Shown: in pieces, positions 9,552 through 17,521 of the stretch | Numbering within the stretch: position 1 is the first letter of the stretch | How the letters are laid out: each line of letters opens with the position of its first letter | Source of the DNA: a virus | Virus genome (UHGV): UHGV-0208142 | DNA length: 42,627 nucleotides | Reading direction: 5' to 3' (one strand) | The notes under the pieces: model-generated | What the model saw: the letters and a program-made list of their open reading frames with translations, nothing else | Database searches by the model: none | Told to the model about the DNA's origin: nothing | Made by a program: the position numbers and the translations under genes

Positions 9552-9654
9552 TGAACACCCCCGTAACGTGCAGAATTTTGATAATCAACGCTGCCCAGAT
9601 GACGCCGCAGATCAGCAAGCAGTAAATCAGTGAACGAATGCCTTGTTTGCTCAT
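9544..9654 (-). CDS. 36-aa hydrophobic peptide (MSKQGIRSLIYCLLICGVIWAALIIKILHVTGVFNG).
   Basis: Single predicted TM helix. ATGA-coupled to the upstream 35-aa peptide. Confidence 0.4.
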   Translation of the reverse strand: MSKQGIRSLIYCLLICGVIWAALIIKILHVTGVFNG

Positions 9655-9758
9655 TTGCCACCCCAGCACGGATAGCTAACTGCGATAACAGCAACCAAAA
9701 ACGGAACGACCTTTAACCAAAAATTACGCCATGCAGGCTTGTCTTCTTCGCGGATCAT
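9651..9758 (-). CDS. 35-aa hydrophobic peptide (MIREEDKPAWRNFWLKVVPFLVAVIAVSYPCWGGK). It is the first gene of the leftward early transcript.
   Basis: RBS AAAGGTGAAGAG. Single TM helix. Lies directly downstream of the OL-like operator block. Confidence 0.4.
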   Translation of the reverse strand: MIREEDKPAWRNFWLKVVPFLVAVIAVSYPCWGGK

Positions 9759-9839
9759 CTCTTCACCTTTGCCTTATCGCGGCTAACGGGACGTTTTGAC
9801 TTCACCCCGGCGTTGCCGGTGTTGTTTGGATGAGATGAT

Positions 9840-9960
9840 AATGTACTAATGGTTCATCAATGTAAAGTACCAAAAGTACATTTTTGATTTGGTAATAGTT
9901 CATTTCAATGTAAGTCAATGAACTTAAAGTATAATTATTTTATGTTTTGTTTTTGGTAGG
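9840..9960. promoter_or_regulatory. AT-rich leftward promoter/operator block (pL/OL-like) with repeated ATGAACT / AGTTCAT and GTAC-N5-GTAC half-sites.
   Basis: Inverted repeats include AGTTCATTTCAATGTAAGTCAATGAACT and GTACCAAAAGTAC. The same half-site occurs in the cI-cro intergenic region. Confidence 0.5.
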
Positions 9961-10020
9961 GGTTGTTTGGCAGTGGAGCTGGCACTGGACGTGCTGATGC
10001 TGAGGGAAGAGTAGGGCAGT

Positions 10021-10044
10021 AAAAATCCGGCGCGGTGGCCGGAT
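10021..10044 (-). terminator. Rho-independent terminator for the leftward cI transcript.
   Basis: Perfect 7-bp stem ATCCGGC/GCCGGAT with a 6-nt loop. On the minus strand it is followed by a T-run (A5 on plus). Confidence 0.55.
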
Positions 10045-10081
10045 CAAAAGTTATGCTGCAGTTTGCAATTACCGGTCTGGC

Positions 10082-10201
10082 TTATTCAAAGTCATCCCGC
10101 TCATCCCTTCGCTTGAAGAAAATCTTATCTAGCCTGAGCACGATCCCAACCAGTCCGATAATCAGCAAAGTAATGAGTATTGGGATAATCAGATCAGACA
10201 T
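10082..10201 (-). CDS. 39-aa membrane peptide downstream of cI (MSDLIIPILITLLIIGLVGIVLRLDKIFFKRRDERDDFE).
   Basis: RBS AGAGGAAG precedes the ATG. Hydrophobic TM segment with a charged tail. It lies at the lysogenic-conversion position after cI. Confidence 0.45.
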   Translation of the reverse strand: MSDLIIPILITLLIIGLVGIVLRLDKIFFKRRDERDDFE

Positions 10202-10223
10202 GCTTCCTCTGCGTGCTAAGGCT

Positions 10224-10946
10224 TTACCCGTGCTTCCTGTACGTCTGCGGCATGCTGCCGATCACCTTGCCGAACACGAACACCCGATTCATCTCATCTT
10301 TCTCGATCGGTTCCCAAGGGGCATAGCTCTTGTTGTCAGATATAACCAGCAGCTTGTCCTTCATCTTTTGCAGGCGCTTAACATGTGCAGTGTCGTCGTA
10401 CAGGAAGGCGTAAATTCCATCACCGTCAAACTTCCTTACGCTGACGTCGACGAACAACAGATCTCCCGGCTCAATCGTACCTGACATACTGTCGCCGCGG
10501 ACGTTGATAATCCTGATGTTCTCAGCTTTGCGCCCATCAAACATATGGTTAGCCTCAGCTGGCGCATACTCAACTGAACGGAGTATCTCAACGAACTCTT
10601 GGTTTATCACCCCTGGACCAGCGCTGACGGCGATATCCAAGAGGTCAATCCTAAAGATGTCTTTTCGATTGGTTGCCGATCCTGGTTCAATACCATCATC
10701 GTCAGCATCGCCAAGTAGGTAGGATGCAGACGTGCCTATATGGGACGCTAAAGCCTGTAGCGTCCCCCTCCTTGGTATTGACTCCCCATTAAACCATTTG
10801 CTCACGGCCTTCGGTGTCAACTTCATTCTCTTGGCGATCTCAGCCTGGCGACCGTGTGGCATCAATCCAGCTTTATCGCAGGCCAGCGCTAGCCTCAGAG
10901 AAAATTCTTTTCGCGCTCTTTCTTCGTGAACCATATGTTCAATCAT
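10224..10946 (-). CDS. cI: CI-like repressor: N-terminal HTH plus C-terminal S24 LexA-like autopeptidase.
   Basis: 240 aa. HTH segment QAEIAKRMKLTPKAVSKWFNG. The C-terminus carries GDSM (Ser nucleophile) and VKRL (Lys). It is divergent from the cro-like gene. Confidence 0.9.
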   Translation of the reverse strand: MIEHMVHEERARKEFSLRLALACDKAGLMPHGRQAEIAKRMKLTPKAVSKWFNGESIPRRGTLQALASHIGTSASYLLGDADDDGIEPGSATNRKDIFRIDLLDIAVSAGPGVINQEFVEILRSVEYAPAEANHMFDGRKAENIRIINVRGDSMSGTIEPGDLLFVDVSVRKFDGDGIYAFLYDDTAHVKRLQKMKDKLLVISDNKSYAPWEPIEKDEMNRVFVFGKVIGSMPQTYRKHG

Positions 10947-11014
10947 AATATCACTTGCGTGAACTATCAGTTCCGACTTAATATGTACTTACAGTTCATT
11001 ATTGAGGGTTAAAC
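10947..11014. promoter_or_regulatory. OR-like operator/promoter region between cI and cro.
   Basis: The palindrome GAACTatcAGTTC and TGTACTTACAGTTCAT repeat the half-sites seen at 9840-9960. Confidence 0.5.
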
Positions 11015-11242
11015 ATGGCACCGAATAGTCTTGGCGAAATCATCAAAAAGATTCGGGTTCCTGTCGTAGCTGAAGCCTGTGGTTGCTCGCCGCGCGCAAT
11101 TTACAAATGGATTGCTAACGGAAGCCTGCCGAGGACGGATTACACCGACGAAACCAACTACGCAGAAAAAATCGCTCTCGCTTCTGGCGGCCAGTTTACC
11201 GCTGCTCAGATCCGGGAAGTCAGCAAGCCTAAAGCCGCCTAA
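11015..11242 (+). CDS. cro: Cro-like HTH regulator.
   Basis: 75 aa. HTH segment VAEACGCSPRAIYKWIANGSLP. First rightward gene. Confidence 0.7.
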   Translation: MAPNSLGEIIKKIRVPVVAEACGCSPRAIYKWIANGSLPRTDYTDETNYAEKIALASGGQFTAAQIREVSKPKAA

Positions 11243-11260
11243 CCGGCGGTATTTCAATCA
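11235..11260 (+). terminator. Weak tR1-like hairpin overlapping the cro stop.
   Basis: Stem CCGCC/GGCGG with loop taacc, followed by TATTTCAAT. The same hairpin sequence recurs at 16131-16148. Confidence 0.3.
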
Positions 11261-11281
11261 ACACCAGAGGAAGTATCACAA

Positions 11282-11503
11282 ATGGAGAGTTCAACGACAC
11301 GCAACAAAGTGGAGGCTCGCAGGATAGAAAGCTGGTTACACAGCCAGATAGCTGAACTGGGAACCACGAATATCGCCAAAGTGGCCGGAGTGAATAAGTC
11401 GACGGTGAGTCGCTGGCGGGAAAGCCTGCTGCCGAACATGTCGCTGCTGCTGGCCATCCTGATTTCTAACAGGCCGGGAGATAAAGGTGATTTTGAAGCA
11501 TGA
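11282..11503 (+). CDS. cII: CII-like transcriptional activator.
   Basis: 73 aa. EARRIESWLHSQIAELGTTNIAKVAGVNKSTVSRW...SLLLAIL parallels lambda CII ALRIESALLNKIAMLGTEKTAEAVGVDKSQISRW...SMLLAVL. RBS AGAGGAAG. Confidence 0.8.
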   Translation: MESSTTRNKVEARRIESWLHSQIAELGTTNIAKVAGVNKSTVSRWRESLLPNMSLLLAILISNRPGDKGDFEA

Positions 11504-11630
11504 GTGGAAACAGAAAGGCGAAAGCCGCAGTGCGCGAACACTAACGGCTTTCAGGTGCAAAAACGAAGAGGTAATTGCGAGGTAATTATGCCTGGTAAAT
11601 CTGTAAGAGTAAACAACCCGGAGGTAGCAC

Positions 11631-12365
11631 GTGAGCATGTCACTTATGGCGAAAGCAATGGGGGTCAAAGTGGGAAACTCACTGCGTAAGCTCGTTCTTA
11701 TCAAGCTGGCCGACAACGCCAACGACAAGGGCGAATGCTGGCCTTCGTATCAACACATTGCCGATCAGTGCGAATGCAGCAAGTCTGCTGTTCGCAACCA
11801 TATTGATGCGCTTGAGGATATGGGGCTAATCAAGCGTGAAAATCGCGTTGGGGTCAACAACGGGAAGGGTAATACATCCAACGTGTATTATCTGAACCTT
11901 GATGTCACCCCTATGCCACCAAAAAGCACAGGGGTATGCCATGAAATAGCACCCCCTATGCCATCTGATGGCACACCCCCTATGCCACCAGATGGCACCA
12001 GAACCAGTCACTCTTTTGAACCAGTCACTGAACCAGACTCTCTCTCTGCGCGAGGGCAGTTTATCAGCGAGGCTGCAAAGCGACGGATCGGGATTTCACC
12101 CAACGGGGAAATACCTTTCCCTCCTGCCTTCAAGCCACTGGCAGATCACATTGCGATTGCCTCGGAGAAAGGGATCAACATTGAAACCGAGTTGCTGAAC
12201 TTTCGTGATTATCACCAGGCCCGCGGCACAAAGCTGATCGACTGGAACTCGGCATTCCGGGTATGGCTCAGGAACGCGAGAGTTAATCCGCTTTCCGGGC
12301 GCCAGAGAAGCGAATCTGATTCCCCACACTGGAACAGCCCTGAAGGCTGGAAGGACTTCATATGA
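11631..12365 (+). CDS. Replication initiator (lambda O-like; N-terminal winged-helix HTH domain) with the origin iterons inside the gene.
   Basis: 244 aa. N-terminal LVLIKLADNANDKGECWPSYQHIADQCECSKSAVRNHIDALEDMGLIKRE. The iterons encode PPMPSDGTPPMPPDGT. GTG at 11631 and ATG at 11637 both sit after RBS GGAGGT. Confidence 0.75.
   Translation: MSMSLMAKAMGVKVGNSLRKLVLIKLADNANDKGECWPSYQHIADQCECSKSAVRNHIDALEDMGLIKRENRVGVNNGKGNTSNVYYLNLDVTPMPPKSTGVCHEIAPPMPSDGTPPMPPDGTRTSHSFEPVTEPDSLSARGQFISEAAKRRIGISPNGEIPFPPAFKPLADHIAIASEKGINIETELLNFRDYHQARGTKLIDWNSAFRVWLRNARVNPLSGRQRSESDSPHWNSPEGWKDFI
11905..12035. repeat. Origin iterons: four copies of CCCCTATGCCA / GGGGTATGCCA at about 23-bp phasing, plus two copies of GAACCAGTCACT.
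   Basis: Iterons seen at 11908, 11931, 11953 and 11977. GAACCAGTCACT at 12001 and 12019. This parallels the lambda ori inside O. Confidence 0.6.
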
Positions 12366-13138
12366 CCGCACAGCTTATGACCGCGATCAGCAATCGCGAT
12401 GGTGATGCGCTGGCCAGAATGGCCGCAGGTAGCACGGAGCCGCAGAGGCTTCTCGATTTCGAAGCTGAAAGGCTGGTTGACTCCCTGTTCCGTCAGCTGA
12501 AGCAGATCTTCCCGGCGTCAACGCAAACCAATCTGCGCACCGACGCTGAAGAGAAGACAGCAAAGCGCCAGTGGATTGCGGCTTTTGCCGAAAACGGCAT
12601 CCGCACCCGCGAGCAGTTATCCGCCGGCGTGCGCCATGCGAGAGCCAGTGAATCGCCGTTCTGGCCATCGCCGGGCCAGTTCATCAAGTGGTGCAAGGAC
12701 AGTGGCACCGTGCTGGGAGTGACTCTTGTCGACGTGATGAACGAGTTCCACCGCTACAGCCGTGAAAAAGGGCTGCATACCGGCGGTGCTGAGCGCTTCC
12801 CATGGTCTCACCCTGTCATGTACTGGGTTGTTACCGATACCCGGCGAGCAATGTACCAGCGCCAGCTCAGCGAGGCAGAAACCGAGAAATATGCCGCTAA
12901 AAAGCTGGAAGACTGGGCGCTGAAAGTCGCCGCCGGAGAACAAATACCGTCGCCGGTACTGGCTCTGGAGAACAACCAGGAAGCCATTCCGACAAACCAT
13001 GTCAGCCGTCAGCAGGGTTTTCACCCTGAAGGCAAAAGCTTCGGATGTATGCCAAATGCGGCATCGCTCGGTGCGTTAACTCCGGCTCAGTGGCTGCGGG
13101 ATGAATACCTGCGCGGGAAAGAGAGAGGGCTTATCTGA
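12362..13138 (+). CDS. Lambda P-family replication protein (DnaB helicase loader).
   Basis: IFPASTQTNLR...RQWIAAFAENGIRTREQLSAGVRHARASESPFWPSPGQFIKWCKD aligns with lambda P TFPASLANRD...RRQWVLAFRENGITTMEQVNAGMRVARRQNRPFLPSPGQFVAWCRE. Its ATG overlaps the stop of the O-like gene. Confidence 0.85.
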   Translation: MTAQLMTAISNRDGDALARMAAGSTEPQRLLDFEAERLVDSLFRQLKQIFPASTQTNLRTDAEEKTAKRQWIAAFAENGIRTREQLSAGVRHARASESPFWPSPGQFIKWCKDSGTVLGVTLVDVMNEFHRYSREKGLHTGGAERFPWSHPVMYWVVTDTRRAMYQRQLSEAETEKYAAKKLEDWALKVAAGEQIPSPVLALENNQEAIPTNHVSRQQGFHPEGKSFGCMPNAASLGALTPAQWLRDEYLRGKERGLI

Positions 13139-13440
13139 TGAAAAAGAACTCTGGCAAACAAGCCGTTATTAACTTCATCGGCCAGCATCCTGGCTGCAGC
13201 TTTCAGGATATCCGCCGCGGTACCGGCCTTGACTCTTCAGTGGTCAATTCCTCCCTGTGGCAGATGCACCGTGACGGCCAGGTTAAGCGTGCGGGTGAGT
13301 GCAGGAGCTACCGCTACACCCTGATTGACACAACAGCCGTAACCGAAAGCGATCCCTCTGTTCAGTATCGCCAGCGTCCTGGCGGCGTAAACCCAATGAC
13401 CAACCTGTTTAACCAGTGCCTGGCGGGAGTAAGAAAATGA
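13138..13440 (+). CDS. Small winged-helix-like protein (100 aa).
   Basis: ATGA-coupled to the P-like gene. Confidence 0.45.
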   Translation: MKKNSGKQAVINFIGQHPGCSFQDIRRGTGLDSSVVNSSLWQMHRDGQVKRAGECRSYRYTLIDTTAVTESDPSVQYRQRPGGVNPMTNLFNQCLAGVRK

Positions 13441-13871
13441 AAAACGAAGTCGAACAGATTGCACTGCAAAACGATATGAGCATTGAATTCGTAACCTGGT
13501 TCTTTAACGAGAAGAAAGCGGGTTGCGGAAATGTCTGGTTCATGATGATGGCTGCAATGTGGGAGGGCTGGAAAGGTCGTAGCATCGAAATGGATAAGCT
13601 GGCTGCGGAGAATGTGGCGCTGAAGGAAAGCCGCAATAATTTGGCTGAATTCATCCATGAAGAACTTGATGCTGATTACCCGCTGAATATGAATCTGGAA
13701 ACCCATGCAACCGATCGTATCGTAGCCGGGATTAAGGCTGATGGGGTGGAGGAGTTCGCGGCAAAACTTCGAATTCCTGGTGATGACCAGTTTTTTGACG
13801 CTTTAGCAAAAGGGGTTGCACTTGCTGCTGACGACTTCGCCAAGCAGCTGCGCGAGGGGGCAGACAAATGA
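13437..13871 (+). CDS. Hypothetical nin-region protein (144 aa from the coupled start).
   Basis: Its ATG overlaps the upstream stop (ATGA). The six-frame ORF 13416..13871 is trimmed to this start. Confidence 0.45.
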   Translation: MKNEVEQIALQNDMSIEFVTWFFNEKKAGCGNVWFMMMAAMWEGWKGRSIEMDKLAAENVALKESRNNLAEFIHEELDADYPLNMNLETHATDRIVAGIKADGVEEFAAKLRIPGDDQFFDALAKGVALAADDFAKQLREGADK

Positions 13872-14131
13872 GCCTCGCTACTTATCTCAATACCGGTTTA
13901 GCCATTCTTGGATGGGCATACATCATGGTTAAAACAGGCCAGTGGATTATCAAAAACATCTTCAGTCAGTGGGAAAAGCGCCGTAGGGAATCTCGCCGCC
14001 AGAAAGCCGTGAATGAATTTTATGATGCCTTTGAGCTTAATAGCCTTGAACCTGGCTCTACCGTTCGCCTGGCTACTAAAGGCGATCTGACAATCATGAT
14101 GTTCCGCAGCGAGGGAAAGTCCAATGACTGA
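13868..14131 (+). CDS. Small membrane protein (87 aa) with an N-terminal TM helix.
   Basis: ATGA coupling. Hydrophobic segment LAILGWAYIMV. Confidence 0.45.
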   Translation: MSLATYLNTGLAILGWAYIMVKTGQWIIKNIFSQWEKRRRESRRQKAVNEFYDAFELNSLEPGSTVRLATKGDLTIMMFRSEGKSND

Positions 14132-14636
14132 TATCACCGAACTGGCGCAGAGAGCCAGAATCAATGCTGAATGCGGTGAGCATCTTTCCCCGGCGGAGAC
14201 CATGGAGCTGGTAGAAGCGCTGGCATCAGAGAAAAGGATTTGCGCAACGTGGAGAAAAACAGCTGAGGCTAACAGCGAAAAGCTGGAGAAGGCGCAGCAG
14301 CGGATTGGTAAGCTTGAGAAAAAATTAACTGACCACAAGAGAATGAATCAAGAGATGGCAAAAGCAATGCTTACGCCTAATGATTCCGATGCGGCAGGGA
14401 TGGAGATTGCAGCACTGCGCCAGCGCATCGCCGGGCTGGATCGCGAACAAGAGCAACTTCGCCCGGTAGGTGTAATGAGCGAGAAAGCATTTCATCGTCT
14501 TGAAAACAGCGAATGCCGCTTTATTGCTCTGTGGCCGCGCCCTGGTATCTTTTTGCAGCGCAAGCGCCCCGAGGACGGAGTGCTCGTTTATGCACGTACA
14601 GCTGCCGCCGCCGGCATCAAGGTGGAGGCTGAGTGA
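14124..14636 (+). CDS. Ea22/ead-like coiled-coil hypothetical protein.
   Basis: 170 aa with an MTDITELAQ N-terminus and a coiled-coil-like middle. Confidence 0.45.
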   Translation: MTDITELAQRARINAECGEHLSPAETMELVEALASEKRICATWRKTAEANSEKLEKAQQRIGKLEKKLTDHKRMNQEMAKAMLTPNDSDAAGMEIAALRQRIAGLDREQEQLRPVGVMSEKAFHRLENSECRFIALWPRPGIFLQRKRPEDGVLVYARTAAAAGIKVEAE

Positions 14637-15151
14637 TGGCACTGACACACGATGAGCTTTGCCAGATAGCCTGCCGCTTTCTGCAAAACAACGGTTTCAA
14701 GGTGGCCTTTCATGACCGGTTCCGAGCATGGACGCCATACGGTGAGCAGGCTGATGCAATCGGCTTTCGCAATGGGGCCAGTTGTCTGATTGAGGCTAAA
14801 TGCTCTCGTTCTGACTTGTTGGCCGACCGCAAGAAGCCTTTCCGTGTTGAACCCGAGAAGGGCATGGGAGACTGGCGTTTCATGATTAGTGAGCCGGGTA
14901 TCGTAAATATTGAGGATTTGCAGCCTGGCTGGGGATTGCTTCATGTGGTCAAAGGTCGGGTTAAGAAGGTTCACGGCTGGCCTGGCAACTGGGAGTGGGT
15001 TAACCGGAACAGCAAGCCATTTCAGGCTAACAAACAGGCGGAATGCGATTACATGTTTAGCGCGCTCCGTCGCATGGACTTACGCGGCCACCTCAAAGAA
15101 GTATACGACGGCGTGATAGTTAACCGGGCAGCAGAAGGAGCCAACCAATGA
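14633..15151 (+). CDS. PD-(D/E)XK nuclease-like protein (MmcB-like).
   Basis: 172 aa. Carries D...EAKCSRSD, an E-x-K motif, in a nin-region context. Confidence 0.45.
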   Translation: MMALTHDELCQIACRFLQNNGFKVAFHDRFRAWTPYGEQADAIGFRNGASCLIEAKCSRSDLLADRKKPFRVEPEKGMGDWRFMISEPGIVNIEDLQPGWGLLHVVKGRVKKVHGWPGNWEWVNRNSKPFQANKQAECDYMFSALRRMDLRGHLKEVYDGVIVNRAAEGANQ

Positions 15152-15720
15152 CCAGCAAATTAGCCAGAGAACGCCTGGAAAAAATTAAATCATGGCGTGA
15201 AACCTACGGCGCCGGAAGCAACGTAATGCTGCCAGCTGAAGAAGCTGAAGAGCTGGCCTGCATCGCGCTGGCCGCAATGGACAGAGAGCCGGTGGCGCTT
15301 CAACCTGAGCTGGCAAAAGTTATCTATCACTTCCGTGACTGGAATGAAGGATTTCCGGTTGAGCGGTTCAAGGCCGACTACGTCATTAGTTGGATGCTGG
15401 CAAATTATCCGCCAGCGCAACCAGCAAAGGACCGAGAGCAGGTTCGCAGCGAGCACGCAGAGTGGTCACAGGCAACATTCGGTAATGTCGGCCCGATTGG
15501 CCCGCTGAAGCACCTCAGCAAAGAAGCACTGGAAGCCGCTGAACAGCCCGGCGACCTGTCAGAATGGGCTGATATGCAGTTCCTGCTGTGGGATGCGCAG
15601 CGTCGTGCAGGCATCACTGATGAGCAGATTACGCAGGCAATGATTGAAAAGCTGGCAGTCAATAAACAGCGTGAGTGGCCGGAGCCGAAAGACGGAGAGC
15701 CAAGACTGCATTTGAAATAA
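15148..15720 (+). CDS. Protein with a C-terminal MazG-like dNTP pyrophosphohydrolase domain (DUF550-type).
   Basis: The C-terminal HAEWSQATFGNVGPIGPLKHLSKEALEAAEQPGDLSEWADMQFLLWDAQRRAGITDEQI is typical of phage MazG/DUF550 domains. Confidence 0.55.
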   Translation: MTSKLARERLEKIKSWRETYGAGSNVMLPAEEAEELACIALAAMDREPVALQPELAKVIYHFRDWNEGFPVERFKADYVISWMLANYPPAQPAKDREQVRSEHAEWSQATFGNVGPIGPLKHLSKEALEAAEQPGDLSEWADMQFLLWDAQRRAGITDEQITQAMIEKLAVNKQREWPEPKDGEPRLHLK

Positions 15721-15776
15721 TAGCTACCTTTAACTTTTAAATTTACACATTTAGTGGTTGTATCTTTTTCCAGCAA

Positions 15777-16130
15777 GTAGTTAAATTAGTTTATCCCCGC
15801 GAGAGATCCGAAAAGGAGGGCCCAATTTTGTCCGAGTTTTTGTATTCCCCCGCATGCCACTGTAGAGCGCAACATCTGAGTGTCTGACCAGGGGATGAAT
15901 CAAGATTGGATAGTGGGAAGAGAGTGGAGACGGCGGCAGGGCCAAAGTCTACCGGTTCACCCAGAGGGTGTTCAGCTCTTGCCTTTGATGTTGCGATTGA
16001 AGGTTAATACACGAAAAACTGAGAGGTCAGACAACCAACTTGCCAGAGGAGCATCTCCTGCGTGATGCTTGAGAGCCAACCGAAAGCAATGCGAAAAAGC
16101 ATAAACTCGGTCTTCCAGTCGACTACAAGA
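15777..16130 (+). ncRNA. Candidate structured non-coding RNA or leader, about 350 nt, between a sigma70-like promoter and an intrinsic terminator. No ORF with an RBS is present.
   Basis: No ORF of 60 codons or more with an RBS in any frame across 400 bp. Possible promoter TTGTAT-17-TTAAAT at 15757-15785. Local hairpins at 16045-16075. GC is higher than in the downstream AT-rich gene. Confidence 0.3.
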
Positions 16131-16155
16131 AACCGCCTACCGGCGGTTTTTTTTC
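16130..16155 (+). terminator. Rho-independent terminator immediately upstream of the AT-rich moron gene.
   Basis: Stem ACCGCC/GGCGGT with loop tacc, followed by T8. Confidence 0.6.
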
Positions 16156-16197
16156 ATCATTTTTATTGTTTCTAATATGTTTTTAATTGGTGAGTTA

Positions 16198-16728
16198 ATG
16201 GATAACAGTTTTATAACGAAAGAATTGGGTGAGCGTAACCCATATCCTAAAGAACTTTATGAAATATCTATGAAGTTTACTATGGCATTTTATTATTGCG
16301 AAGATCATTTCTTTTCTAGGCGTTGCAGTATTCGCGAAAGTGATACATACAGCAATCGCATCCTGAGTATAGTTGAAGACGAATGCAGCCCAGTGATCAC
16401 CGAGACTTTTAAATTTTTCCAAGGAAGATACATGGAAGGGGAAATGGCTCGACATCGATTGTATGCCTTAACCATGCAAGAGGAAGGGGGCGATCTTACT
16501 GGATTAGCTGAAGCTATTTATAGAAATTTGGAAAACTCTAATGGAGATATTCATGCAATGTTGTCAGTGTGTTTAAAGGTTATTATCAGATTGCGACATA
16601 ATCTTTTACACGCTAACAAGTATGAAGCAATGATTGGCGAGCCTGAAGAGCAAAAGATATTGATCAATAGAGGATATATGTTGCTGTCAAGTCTACTATT
16701 CGCAAGAAATACAAAGCTTGCTGTTTGA
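16198..16728 (+). CDS. AT-rich moron protein (about 176 aa) with a C-terminal R-x4-H-x3-Y, HEPN-like motif. Candidate RNase toxin or Abi-like protein.
   Basis: Strongly AT-rich codons. C-terminal helix IIRLRHNLLHANKY. The ATG at 16198 is preferred, with GGTGAG upstream, over the 16177 ATG, which has no RBS. It sits between the terminator and ninB. Confidence 0.5.
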   Translation: MDNSFITKELGERNPYPKELYEISMKFTMAFYYCEDHFFSRRCSIRESDTYSNRILSIVEDECSPVITETFKFFQGRYMEGEMARHRLYALTMQEEGGDLTGLAEAIYRNLENSNGDIHAMLSVCLKVIIRLRHNLLHANKYEAMIGEPEEQKILINRGYMLLSSLLFARNTKLAV

Positions 16729-16902
16729 TTTTCCATAATTAAGCATACATAATAGCAATGTCAGTCTGGACAACTGACAACTTTACCCCGGCGCCAAGTG
16801 GGGACACATGGCGCACAAAACCTTACAGCAATCCCTGTCACCGATGGCGAAAGCCACCGGCGATTTTCTGCATTCAGCGTTTAGCCTCTGCGGAGGTGAA
16901 GC

Positions 16903-17370
16903 GTGAAGCAACAATTCTGCCTTATCAACGACAACGTTAAGCGTAACGTCGTCAACTTCATCCAGTCTCTGCCCGTCGACCACCGATCGCCGCTGATTAT
17001 CGAGGCGCGCGAAGAAAGCCGCACCGACAAACAGAATCGTCTCATGTGGCCACTATTGAAAGACCTGAGCGATCAGGTGATCTGGCACGGTGAAAAGCTG
17101 GAGCCGGCGGAGTGGAAAGACCTCATCACCGTACTGGTCAGCCAGATGCAAAACCCGGAGCGTGAGCAGAAATCCGCCCCGGGCATCAACGGCGGCCGCG
17201 TCTACTTCGGCGTTCGCACCTCTCAATCAAGCAAGCGCTACATGGTCGAGGTGATCGAGGCGATTTACTGGTTCGGCACCGAGCACAATGTGAAGTTCAG
17301 CGAGAAGTCCAGCAGTCGGATTGCATGGGCCCAGGAATGGAGGGCTTCGCATGCACAGTCTGCTCGCTAA
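16903..17370 (+). CDS. ninB: NinB/Orf-family recombination protein.
   Basis: 155 aa. [33 protein letters not shown] and [12 protein letters not shown] parallel lambda NinB LDQNRKLWACLGDVSRQVEWHGRWLDAESWK and AFGTERGVKWSD. Confidence 0.85.
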   Translation: MKQQFCLINDNVKRNVVNFIQSLPVDHRSPLIIEAREESRTDKQNRLMWPLLKDLSDQVIWHGEKLEPAEWKDLITVLVSQMQNPEREQKSAPGINGGRVYFGVRTSQSSKRYMVEVIEAIYWFGTEHNVKFSEKSSSRIAWAQEWRASHAQSAR

Positions 17371-17374
17371 GGTC

Positions 17375-17521
17375 ATGGATCGCGGCATCTTCCGCGTGCC
17401 GGCGCGCCGCAAGCGCAAGGTAGAAGTAAAGCCTTCCGATATCCCCACCTTTCACTATACGGCTCACCTGGCAGATGTCCGCTGGCTGCGCCGCGCTGCC
17501 CGGAGGAAAAACCATGGCTGA
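17375..17521 (+). CDS. Small basic 48-aa ORF (possible NinE-like filler).
   Basis: In-frame ATG just after the ninB stop. Weak RBS. Confidence 0.25.
   Translation: MDRGIFRVPARRKRKVEVKPSDIPTFHYTAHLADVRWLRRAARRKNHG

Noticed and set aside
9759-9840. nutL/boxB-like hairpin CCGGCaacGCCGG upstream of the first leftward gene
   Set aside because: It is only a 5-bp stem with no boxA-like partner, and no N-like gene was recognised. It is too speculative to call.
10035-10484. 149-aa + strand ORF
   Set aside because: It is antisense to the cI-like repressor gene and to the 39-aa membrane peptide gene.
15721-16130. Type III toxin-antitoxin tandem-repeat antitoxin array
   Set aside because: I searched by eye for repeats with 30-80 nt periodicity. 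Only scattered CCAGRGG words at irregular spacing (72 and 83 nt) and no convincing repeat units. The region is kept only as a candidate ncRNA or leader.
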